Positions 40,805 through 52,092 of a DNA stretch of 64,000 bases are shown one piece after another; the first letter of the stretch is position 1; the number at the start of each line of letters is the position of its first letter. Source of the DNA: Geosiphon pyriformis uo1. Taxonomy: Eukaryota; Fungi; Glomeromycota. Made by a program: the position numbers and the translations under genes. The notes beneath the pieces are model-generated. The model saw only the letters and a program-made list of their open reading frames with translations. It did not search any database and was not told the origin of the DNA. The stretch lies in NCBI GenBank assembly GCA_016748015.1, contig JAAOMT010000097.1, positions 124,001 to 188,000 of the forward strand, written 5' to 3'.

Positions 40805-42935
40805 TTATGAGCTAGCAGCCTGATTCGCTGAAGTTGTGGTTACTTGATTTACGTTATCTTTATTGGCTTCCTTGAGTAAAAAAGATATCCACATATCCGA
40901 AAACGACTGTACAAGGCGAAAAATCAGTTTAAAGTAAAATAATGAATGCAAGTTCATTCTCTTAATACTAACCTCTCGGGGTGCTTCCTCAGTCACGGGT
41001 AGCAATAGACTATTACTCCTGGGCACCTCCTCAGATTTCCGAATTAGGGGTCTTTCTGATGTCGGTGTCCATAATCCTGACACCCATCCACTCGGCCGAT
41101 CATCAAGACCCGAACGTGGTATTGCAGATCTTCGAATTAAACCTACCTGTTCTTTTTGTTCATCAGTCCATTGCAGCATGCTCGACATCAGTTGCAATAT
41201 TTCAAAACGTTTGCTATCACCTCTTGGCGTGTTAAAAAATGCTATTAAAAGATTGGTAATTAAACGCCTGGGAAATTCCAAGATTGTTAATATATTAACT
41301 ATCGCACTCAATTTCAAAGGGTTCAAATGCTTCAGCCGTGAGTCACCAAATCTGACTTACTTGTCAACATTGTGGTCACTGCTTTCTTCACGCATTCGAC
41401 GCATGGCTTCCGTTAAATGCTCGTTTAATATGACAGCTAAAAAGAAATTTTAAAATTAAAAATCCTGTTAAATTATTCTTAAATATTTATATATTACCTT
41501 CATGACGTAGCTTGCCAATCAGCAGGTTCTTTTCTTTGATCTCTCTTTCATACTGTTGGGTCTTGCTATATTCCCCTTTGATTTGTGATAATTGGCTCTG
41601 TAAAAAAAGGAATATCAGTTTGATCTAGCAGAATGTCGGCTTAATATGTTACAAAAGCGCTCTTTATCTGACCTCTGCAAGAATGGCCCTTTCTTTAAAT
41701 TCTGATAATTCGCTGGTCGCGATGGCAAGCCTTCTTTGTATTCCTTCGACAGCCTCACGAATCTCAGATTCCTTAGCTTTATCAATAAATAGTAATTGAA
41801 TTTATTTCAAAGTTCTCTTTCGTTTAAAATCTTGGGTAACTATTTACCAGCTTGAAATTCCTCCAAAACAGTTTGTAAATTTGATAAACTCTCTGATTCA
41901 GTCTCCTTTTCCGTATTTAATATTTCTTTCTCGTTTCGTAATATTTCTATATCTCTTTCCAAATGTTTTATGTGTGAACTCATCTCATCTTTGTAACCCT
42001 TTTCCTGCATTGCCGTCATTTCCCAATCCCTTCGTTCGCCTTCAACACGCTCTAATTTAATTTGTAACTCCTTTAGTGCAGTATCCCTCTCGGCTATCTC
42101 ATGAGCGGAATGTTGTTGGATTTTGAAAACTTGTGTTCGCATATGTTCTAATTCTTGAACCAATTTTTCATTTTCATTACGATGAGTACTAGCATCGAAT
42201 TTTAACTGCGAAATTGAGTTGTTGAGTTCTTGATTTTGTTGATTAAGGCCTGCAATTTGTTGTCGGGCTTGTTTGAGTTCTTCCTAATCGAAAACCAAAT
42301 GAATAATCAGCGATAAAAGGAAAATAAGAGAGATCAGGAAAATATTCAAGGTATTAAAACAGAGGGATTGTACCCTCTTGATTTACCATATCTCCTTTTA
42401 GCTTATCTTCTAAGGAGGTTTTCACTGTGGCTAACTTTGCCAACAGGCTTTGATGCTGTGCTTCCAAATGAGTCTTTTGCCCTCGCGTTTGCTCCAGTTG
42501 GGTGACCAAGAAATCTCTTTCCTTAGAGAGTTTTTCATTATCATTTTCAAATTGCTGCAACTTCAGCTCAAGTTGACTGTAAGTCTCACTGTCGAGCCTC
42601 TTTTCCTCATGCGCCTGCTCAAGTTGCGCACACAAGTTTTCTTGCTTTTTTACTAACAAAGCTTTCTCAGCTTCCAAGTGTTGTTGATGAGCTCGAAGTT
42701 CTTCCAGTGTTTCATCTTTTTGGTTCCTAGCTATATTTTGCTTTTCCAAAGTTTGTAGCTGCTCCAGTAACGAGTCTCTTTCATTCGACAATTCATTATT
42801 TTCATTTTGTACTTTAGCAAGTTCAGTGCGTAAATAGCTGAGTGCTTGTAAAATTGCTTGTTGATCAACGACTAGCTGCTTATTTGTTTCTACACCGTTC
42901 CCGAGAGGTGACGAAGATGTTTGCAAATCTGACAT
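40805..42935 (-). CDS. RUD3: Coiled-coil golgin with C-terminal GRAB domain (Rud3/GMAP-210-like)
   Basis: Long heptad region, then KNLLIGKLRHEAVILNEHLTEAMRR..NVDKRLITNLLIAFFNTPRGDSKRFEILQLMSSMLQWTDEQKEQVGL..SFSDMWISFLLKEA. Confidence 0.85.
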
Positions 42936-43241
42936 GACCGTTCAAACGGTTATGTTGTAGGCTGAATTTTCGCAATAATACAAGGAAATGGTCTGTAATA
43001 AAGCATGAGTTTCTGTTTGTGACCACATGTGCAGTGAGCTCCGAAGATAGTGCAGCGCTGCAGAAGAATCTTAAGCTTATAGATTAAGGGCAAAAATTTC
43101 AACAAGTCATTTTGATAAATTTTTATTTCCCTAATTTGGCAATTTTGATTATCGGGATTTAAATTTGCGGCATCAAAGATTTTCAATCAATTTGACTTTC
43201 TCTATTTCCAAAGGTTTAGAGCCTCACCCATTAACACTGTG

Positions 43242-45048
43242 ATGTCAATAGAAAGAAGACCTATTCAGGAGACTTATGTTAAAGATGCGGCCTTTTCCGA
43301 CATTTTACATGGAAAAGAAATCATCGAATCTGACGGTAGTTTTTTCACAAAAGTCACTTCAAAGGACAAAGCTGCACACGAAGCAGTGGTAAAAAATTAT
43401 TTGAGTTTTTGGGAGGGGAAGGAACCGGAGAATGAGACAAGTGAGGACATCAAAGCGCGTCAAGAAAACTATACGTCTCTAACCAATTCTTATTATAACA
43501 TTGCTACTGACTTTTACGAGGTATTAGTATAAAAATTTGGTTTATTGTGTTTTTTAAATGTCCCAATCATACAAGCTGTTTATTAGAATAAGCTTTTTAA
43601 CAATTTGGGGACTTTTAATAATTCCAATCTAATATGAGAGAAGTGTCACTTGATTATTTGTAAATATTCAGAATTTCAAACCTTAATTGGTCGTTCGGAA
43701 CCGTTCAATTTTTCTAATTTTTCAATATTTTATGTAATAATCAAATGGTACTTCTCGTACGATCAAAATTGAAAAATTCTGATGTATTTGAAATTCAGAA
43801 CATAAATTTCTGTTTATTCGGATGATTTGGAAAGAAACAATTAAATAAAATCCTTCCCCGTTCAATTTTTCAATTGAATAGCTTTTTGGTTAAAATTGGT
43901 TATGTGCTTTTCAATACCTTAATAGTATGGTTGGGGAACCTCATTTCACTTTTGCCGTTTCTACCCCAACGAAAGCTTTGAACACGCCATTTCACGACAC
44001 GAGCATTACTTGGCTATGCAATTAAATGTGAAACCTGGTATGAACATACTAGATATCGGCTGTGGCGTTGGTATGTATGAGAAAAGAAAAGTAAACTAAT
44101 ATCCATATCATTTAGCCTACTGACCCTTTTTTACCAACCTAAAATCGACCAAAAAATAGGTGGGCCAGCACGGGAGATTTGTCATTTCACGGGTGCCCAT
44201 ATCACTGGATTAAATAATAACGATTATCAAATCCAACGCGCCAAGGAGTATTCAAAAAAGATTGGGCTGGAGTCAAAAACTGATTTTGTAAAGGGTAATT
44301 TCATGGATATCCCTTTCGAGAATAACAGTTTCGATGCAGTATACGCAATCGAAGCCACTTGTCACGCACCAAAACTCGAGGATGTATACGGAGAAGCATA
44401 TCGTGTGCTTAAACCTGGTGGCATCTTTGCTATTTATGAATGGTGTACTACTGAAAATTATGACTCAAAAAATCCAGAGCATCAAAGAATTTCACGTGGA
44501 ATCGAGGTGAAACTACTAAGAAAATCTTTTTATTGTCATTGAATAATTTTTCTGAAGATTGATATTTTCAAAGGTGGGTGATGGGATACCAAAACTGTTT
44601 AGTACTTCAGTTGCTGAAAAAGAATTTCGAAGCGTTGGATTTGAAGTTCAACTTGCCATCGACTTAGCAGTCAACGATGATAAATCTACCTGGTATCATC
44701 CCTTGGAAGGTGATTATCGTAAAGTTCAATCACTTTGGGATTGCTTTACAGTCTTCCGAATGACACGTATGGGAAAATATTTCACTCGTGCAGTGGTAAG
44801 TCTAAAACATAAAAGTGAAATTAGCCAAAAAATTGTTTCAAAATAATTGATTTATTACCTTTTTTTATAAAATGAAGGTCGGTTGTTTGGAAAAGCTCGG
44901 CATTGCCCCAGCTGGTTCTATAAAAACTCAAAAGGTTCTAGAAACCGCCCAAGATAGTATTATTCAAGGTGGACGGTTAGGGCTCTTCACACCTATGTTT
45001 TTGCTCGTTGGCAAAAAGCCTACTTCAAAAGAGCAAACAAAATTTTAA
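43242..45048 (+). CDS. ERG6: Sterol 24-C-methyltransferase
   Basis: [63 protein letters not shown]. Confidence 0.97.
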
Positions 45049-45121
45049 AATACATTTTAAGAACTGCTAATTATAAATTTTGGAATTTTATTTTACCTAT
45101 TCATTTAGTTTCATTTTTAAT

Positions 45122-46898
45122 TTAATTTGCATGCAGTTTACCAAATTTTTTTGGTGGGAGATTGAATTCAGTTGCTAGGGATTCAATATCCTCTGTAGTG
45201 GTGATAGACTTAACATGATCAAGCGGATACTCTTTCCTAAGTAGGTTAGCAAGTACCCTCCCAGGTCCAAAAGCAATAAAGTGATGGATATCACGATCCT
45301 TGCAATACTTTACACTCCTGTGCCATTGTACAGTTGCTGTAACCTGGGCAGCCAGTAAAGAAGGTATATCCTGGACAGATTTTATCTAGTAAACCAAAAC
45401 AATTAGTCAATAAATTCCCCTGTGATATAAACTTCCATAATAAATATCAATTTACCGGCTTTGCAGTCACATTAGATATTATGTCGACAACCGGAGGCTG
45501 AAATTCAATATCCTGAAAAGCCGCGAGTAGTTCAACCGATACAGGTCGCATTAAAACGCAATGAAATGGAGCACTATAAAAATTTTCACAAATTACTCTC
45601 ATGAAAGAGATCTTGATGTCGCAGGAAATAAAAAAATAACCACGTACGATACAGGAAGATCGACTGCACGCGCAGCAATTTTTTTTGATTGTAAAATGCG
45701 TGATGCGTGATCTACTCCATAACTCGTACCACTGATAACAACCTAAATATAGGGATATGAGAATTTGACAATGAAAATTTCCGATTGCTTAGGGAATGTT
45801 TTAATCACACACCTGGAAAGACTGGACCAGAAAAGATTGTAGATTAAGTGGCTTGAAATATTGAAAAGTTGATAAAATCATTTTAAAATTTACTCACGCT
45901 ATTTATGTTCGCCAGCTCAACAAGTTCACCTTCGGGCAGACCAGCGCGAATTTCCTCGATGGATTCTTCAAGTGCTGTAAGGTTGTTTCCTTTTACAACG
46001 AGCGCAGCGATAGCAGTTTTCACTCCACATTGTGAAACTGTTTTTGACATGGCCTCCCCACGCAATCTCTGTGCAACAACTTTTGAATAATTATTTGAAG
46101 CTAATGTTATTCTGCTTTGTAAAAAAATAACTCACGACTAGTTTTACGGCGTCATATAATTTTAGTGAATTTGTTGCGACAAGAGCCGTATATTCTCCCA
46201 TGGAATGACCAAGCACATAGGTACACGCAGAAGAAACATCGAATCCACACTCTTCCTAAATTGTAGATAACAGCAATGTGTGAAATGATGCTGAGATCGT
46301 CAAAATCATAAAATTTACTCACCTCTAAAACTCGCAAAATTGCAACAGATACAGTTAAAATTGCAGGTTGAGCGTTCTCAGTAAGAGTGAGCTTTCGCTA
46401 TAAATTCGCGCTTTAAAAATATGGCTAATTTCAGCGACAAAATACAAAAAAATTACATACTTGCTGACCGTTAAACATTAAATCTTTCAATTCACCACCT
46501 AAGGCTTCGTCGGCTTCGTCGACAACCTTACGCGCCGAAGGAAAACTCGCATAGAGATCTTTGCCCATGCCTACATATTGAGCACCTTGTCCTATATAAA
46601 AATATTGGCAGAGTTTTTTGAAGACAAGGGGCTTAAGGAACAAAGGTTAGATAGACGTATAAAAAGAATGCGAAAATAAAAGTTCATAGTACCAGGAAAC
46701 AGTATAGCAGAGTGTGCTTTTTCTATTCCAGCAGTACTCTAAGTTCAGAAGATTCGGTTTTATAATTATTGTTGCAATATAATCAAAAGAACTCTATGCT
46801 CTTACCATCCAAGTTCGAAAAGAAGTTTTTTTCAAAAGAGGTCCGCTTAAGTTGAAAGAACGAGCAAGTGTAAAGCTTTTGATAAATGTGAAAAGCAT
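45122..46898 (-). CDS. MCT1: Mitochondrial malonyl-CoA:ACP transacylase (FabD)
   Basis: N-terminal presequence-like segment, ILFPGQGAQYVGMG, TENAQPAI, LGHSMGEY, ANINS-SFQ-VVISG, LPVSAPFHC, FGPGRVL. Confidence 0.95.
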
Positions 46899-47442
46899 CG
46901 TTTAATTGAAGTGAATACAAAGCAGCCTGGGAAGCTTAAAAAAAGGTTTCTAATAGATCGCCAACCTGCTGACCGAAAAAGGCTCTTTCACAGAAATTTA
47001 ACGATCGTCACAAACAGAAAATAATTTCACTCTTAAAATTTGATTCCTTACATCCGTTTATTATTTTAATGTACAGGGGTGATGGATCATGAAGAATTGG
47101 AAGAAAAAATATTCTCAGTGCAATATAGAAACAGTTTATATGTCGAGATGTTCAGCTGCTAAATATCAAATGATAAAAATAACTTTTTTTATCAGTTTAA
47201 TTTTAATATCCTTCTATTGCATAACCTTGAACTGAAATAAAATGTCCTTGGGAGAGAATAACAATAACGGCATCTCTTTAAGCTTGATAACAATTTATGT
47301 CTGTTTTTCCACCGAGATATCAAACCAGAAATTTCGTCTATAGTTAGAACCCCACATAGGAAAGGATACAATTTTGATGATAAAAACTCGGCGATTGTGA
47401 CGATTGGGATCGAGGTTAGGTTATTATTGGCCTTACCTTATA

Positions 47443-48072
47443 TCACGAATTATCAGAGGTCACCGTGGGGATTTCTCCACCTTCTGCTGATGCGGCGGCA
47501 TTTTCAGTAATTTCCGCCTCATGAACTAGCGAACTTTCTTTGACAGGTGACGAGTTGTGAGCTTGTGTGGCAATTGGATTTGTATGGGGAATGGTTTCAG
47601 GAGAAGGGTGTTCAGAGCCCACTGGAACCTGGGTTTTTCCCGCTTTTGAAAGAGCATAATCTCCAGAATCAAAATATTTTCGTTCCTTAAAAGAAAAGAA
47701 AGCAGTTACAATCATATAGATTAATAGTGGGAAAGAAAATAAGAAAACGTCGGTTGAAAGGTGAATTTCTCGACTTAAAAGCTAATTAGGTAGATAGCCG
47801 ATTGATCAACTAAATCAAATATCCTCAAAATTACAAGAGTTAAAGATTTTATTCAAGGCTGACAAGTTGACAAATATATACCTTCAAATTTCGATTTATT
47901 ATATCCTTTCCCGCTGGGAGTCGCCCATAAAGATTGAAGAGCTTTTTCTCTTCTTCGGTTAATTTCTAAGGAGAAAAAGCTATTATAAAGCAATCCATTT
48001 CTATTTTTCGAGAAAAAGTTTACTAAAAACACTCACCGCTAAGTCAACCTTATTTTGTTTTGCAGGCACCAT
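47443..48072 (-). CDS. IGO1: Endosulfine/ARPP-19 (Igo1-like) PP2A-B55 inhibitor
   Basis: KLTEEEKKLFNLYGRLP..ERKYFDSGDYALSKAG. Confidence 0.93.
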
Positions 48073-48482
48073 AGTAAACTATTGAAAAATAATAGTATTT
48101 AATCTTTGGTTTTTAAACGAAGGATAAACTAGTCAAAGAATGAAGACTGTGGAAAAATAATATCCAGGTAAAAAACCTCTTGGAAAGTGGTTCTTGCTAG
48201 CTATATTCGATACTAAGACCATTTGTGGCCACTTGTGTTCCCACCTTTGCCAATTTTGAGAAATTTCACCCGTCATCTAGAAAGTTTAACAATCTTTGGG
48301 ATATCCAACTTAACTTCTTTTGTTCTTGCAGTCTGCAATGATAATCATTGATTGTTCCAAAGATCACTTAGCTGCAGTGTTCATATTCTCACGTGTTGAT
48401 CTCAGCCTTATTTCCGACTGGGTACGCAATAATTGTAAGCAAAAAAGGTACCATAATTAAAGTTGAACAGTAGTTTATACAA

Positions 48483-48493
48483 GTATATATAAA
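48483..48493 (+). promoter_or_regulatory. TATA-like box upstream of the U12 snRNA gene
   Basis: gtatatataaa lies about 20-30 nt upstream of the inferred snRNA start. Confidence 0.5.
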
Positions 48494-48512
48494 GCAATAG
48501 AGGTTACCATTA

Positions 48513-48683
48513 ATTGCCTCAAATTAATGAGTAAGGATAATATAGGATTTGGGTGATTCCAGTCCATTCAGTAGCTATTGCTCTGAAGTAATCACCAAAT
48601 ATTTGGAGGAATATAGATCGGTCTCGTGGAGTTCGTTTACACTACTTCTGTAAACTTGTTCTCCAGTGTTGCTGGTCTTCCTT
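48513..48683 (+). ncRNA. RNU12: U12 minor-spliceosomal snRNA
   Basis: 5' ATTGCCTCAAATTAATGAGTAAGGATAATA resembles the conserved U12 5' end (UGCCUUAAACU.AUGAGUAAGGAAAA), including branch-pairing GTAAGGA at 48531-48537. Hairpins ggatttgg/ccagtcc and ttcagtagc/gctctgaa; Sm-like aatatttgg; long 3' stem (agga/tcct, agatcggt/gctggtct, tggag/ctcca, gtttaca/tgtaaac) capped by loop CTACTTC. Confidence 0.92.
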
Positions 48684-49912
48684 TTACACTCCGTGGTTTA
48701 ATTTAGAACCTTTATCAGTTTTTGTATTATCTAAGTTGATGTTCTATGAAATGACCTAAGTAGCGAATTATCTGAATTTTTAACAACCGAGTATTCCCAA
48801 ACGGTTTCTTTTGTTACTAGGAAAAAGGAAACACTGAACTTGAACTCCAATTTTCGGCCTTTGTCGATCTGCAATTTTAGAATTGACAATGGGAATTTAT
48901 GTAGTTTTAATTAAATTACAAATTGAATTACAATGAAAGTGAAAGAACTATAAATTATTTTGTGATTGAATGCCATGTTTGAGAACAATTTTATAAATGG
49001 GAGTTTTCTTAAAACTGAACATTATTTTGCATTCCTTTCAAGCTATGGTAGCTACTGAATCGAACTCAATTGGCTTGCATTTAAATGAAAAATATTCAAT
49101 TTAGCAAGAAAATAAAAGTGGAAGTCTTATTTCCAATTCGATTCTTCATATCACCGAGAGATCTTAGCAGACTAACGAAAGATGGTAGTCTTTAATATCG
49201 AGATATTGATACCGAGTTCTTCAACTTAATTATATACATTTACCAAAACCATATCGATCGAGATAAAGTTCCATCTAAAATTTATGAAATTTGCCTTATT
49301 CAAATTGAGTTATCAGTCGTAATAGGATAGCGCATCATAAAAGATATAAAGCTTTGTTTGACAACCCGAAAGGATTAACGATGACGATCTCAACTTGGGC
49401 GGCTACGATTGGTCCGAGAATGATGTGATTTTAGCTTCGTACTCCTTACAAACTCGAAAAAGTTTCTAATATACCTTAGAATAGTCAAAACGACATTTTT
49501 TGGTATTTTCGGGATTTTCTTTCCTGCGAATTCCAGTTGTCTGAGTTTTATTCCCGCTCTGCAAACCCGACTGACTGGGTGTTTCTGTCTTGAGATGCTT
49601 AGGGGTAATTTAAAAGCATCTATCCCAATTGGTTTGGGATGTCAAATAGGTGTCAAAGCGACATGACACATCTTTATCCTAAGTGTCGCCCACTGGCAGA
49701 GCACTTGGAGAAGTTTCCTTCCCCAAATATAGGATAAAGAAAGGGAAATGCGGAATGCTCAGGGTAATTCTCCAGGGCAGAAAATCTTTGGAGTAGTCAT
49801 CTCTTTAAAGAAAACAAAGATCAATAGAGAATTCCTTTCCTTGAGAAAACCATTAACTATAGTTAATTGAAAAATTGTTACTTACACCTCCAAAAGTTTA
49901 TAATGAAAATCG

Positions 49913-52092
49913 TCATTGATCAAACATGCTCTCAAAAAAATCATCCTCAGTCATTGAGGGGCAAAAGCCGGACTGAAAACTTTGTCCCTCATTAGTAAAT
50001 GTCTCAAGACTCGCATCCTTTGGCAAATTATGTGTTCCAAAACGCTCAGAGGCTACCACACCGTGATATAAAGGAGATTGTCTTATTAAAGTTTTGTTGA
50101 ACTGACCATCTTGATGATTAAAAATGGCTTCGAACTCATCAGAATTTGTCCATTGATCCTCATCTTCCTTATCAGGAACCGTTTGACATGACGAAGGTGT
50201 AATATCTTGAACTTCATATATTAAGCCACTGTGCTTATTTGAATCGGCTTTAAATTGTCTTTCATCACCAAAGCCAAGTTTATAATGGGAATCCATCTCG
50301 TCCATCTCTTCCCAGAAATTTTTATCATGCTCTAAATCTGAATCGTTATTTCCTGCGAAACAATTAATATAATCCATGTATTCTAAATCTCCTCTTTTAT
50401 CCGCCATTTCAAAGATTTCTTCATCATGATCTACTGTTGTATTTGAGTCGAATAATTCATTTGTAGAGTCGTCAAAACGTTGAATCCCTGGTATATCTTC
50501 CGGATAAAAAAAGCTGATTGGAGATGGGTTTAAATTCTGGGCAGCCTTCTTAGGATTTTGTGGCGATGCCTTTAAAGATTCGCTGTCGTCAAACTTGCAG
50601 TTCTGAAATTCATCCTCGCTTGAAGACTATAGATGTTTGAAAATTATCTGAATAAGACGATTCTTTCAAAAAAAAATATGAAGTTTAATACCTCTTGAAA
50701 TAATATTGCCGGTATTTTGAGATTTTTGGCAGCAGCATATAAGCCATCAGCAAGAATTATCTTTGTCTGTTGTTGCGAGCTGACCAAATTTTCTTCGTGA
50801 GGTATCGGAAAATTTAAATCAACCCTCTTTCGAATCCGCTGAAAAGCATAGGAATCATCATAAATGCTATGAAAATAAAATATATTGCATTTTTATTTTT
50901 TTCACGTTACCTCTAGATATTGATCTGCCTTATATTGAAAATCTTCATTAACACTTGTACAAATTATCCGCGTCAAAGAATTCGAAATGTTTTGAACGTA
51001 TTGTGTAATAGTTTCAAGCTTCTGCAAATTTGGTAAGAAATAATGAGAAAATTTGACAGTAAAAGACAAAATCATTGCAATGATAAATTTATATTACAGT
51101 TTGATAATCTGGAGAAAAAATTAAAGGATATCTTTCAACCAACAAATTTCGCATAATACTTCGAAAAGCCGTATCAATCGCACATATTTCGAATGAAGCT
51201 GTCTCCTTACTATTCCTCATTAACTCGTGGCGCAGCGATGCTACGTGTGTAAAATTTTGCTTGTCAAGCATAATAGAAAACGCTTTTGGTTGAAGAAATA
51301 CACGAATGCTGCAGAAAAGGATATCTATTGCAACCCAATTGAAAACAAAGGTCAATTTATTTAAGTTCCCGAAAGGTCTTCGATCGGATGAGTATGGTAA
51401 GGAACAATTACCAGACGCGTGTATCCAGTATTCTATGAAATAAATACTGAGTTGTTATTTGACGGCTAGATGTTGAATTTGAGACGAGATTGATAGGGTG
51501 AACAATGTTTCACCTACCTTTATTAAATTGTCGTGATGGTTCAGCAACGGATAACATGGTGGAGAACCCAAATTTCCGCCATATCTTATGAAAATTAAAA
51601 TTTCATCAATCCATTCCTTGATTCTATAATAAATCTTCCAAATATTCAACGTATATTTACCTCTGGTCGGCAAAGTCGTTTTAAAATGATGTGTTCTCTT
51701 TTAGAGCTCAAACTATACAATTTACCGTCAATTCTATTTACAAAGTGATTATATACAAAAAGACTGGCTAAGGAAGATCATATTTCAAAGATCCCGTAGA
51801 CTTTCTTTTAAGCTCTAAAGACGAAAGAGGATATATTAAGACGAAGTTTCCCGTCGTATAGAACAACGTCCATTTTATTCATGTCGTCTTCACTCAGTTC
51901 GCGCATGTTTGGGAGTAACTGCACGTTATACTCGACTTGTTGGAGGCAACTCACTTTCAGTATGTGAAAGCTTGGATTCGAGTTGGTTGCTACCCCAATT
52001 TTCAAGATCTCGGGTGTTAAAGAAATAGAGGACGAGCGTTCAACTATATGGTTTGGAAGCGTTTGAGTAGAGACGCTTCTATTAAGCAACAT
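49913..52092 (-). CDS. Candidate TopoVIB-like meiotic DSB subunit (TOP6BL/MTOPVIB/Rec102-type transducer) with acidic disordered C-tail; contains two AT-AC introns and a 2-nt exon
   Basis: Spliced reading ..MDVVLYDGKLRLN|FVNRID|E|IWRKFGFSTM..KLTFVFNWVAID|VASLRHELM..IDTAFRSIMRNLLVERYPLIFSPDYQT|KLETITQYVQNISNSLTRIICTSVNEDFQYKA resembles the W..(Y/F)G motif and the C-terminal transducer helices of TopoVIB-like proteins. Confidence 0.62.
51247..51324 (-). other. U12-type AT-AC intron (78 nt, in-frame, stop-free)
   Basis: Donor ATATCCTTTT, branch TGCTTGAC, acceptor ACAC; length is a multiple of 3. Confidence 0.75.
51745..51834 (-). other. U12-type AT-AC intron (90 nt)
   Basis: Donor ATATCCTCTT, branch TTCCTTAGC, acceptor TCAC; removal bypasses the stop ending ORF 51808-52092. 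Confidence 0.8.

Noticed and set aside
48700-49900. Possible further exons downstream of the TopoVIB-like stop
   Set aside because: Splice-like sites exist but I could not build a stop-free path; left as UTR or decayed sequence.
51118-51132. Third ATATCCTTT (U12 donor-like) in the TopoVIB-like gene
   Set aside because: It lies in RYPLIFS, which fits the expected protein, and a normal GT-AG intron just downstream keeps the frame. Treated as coding, though not excluded.
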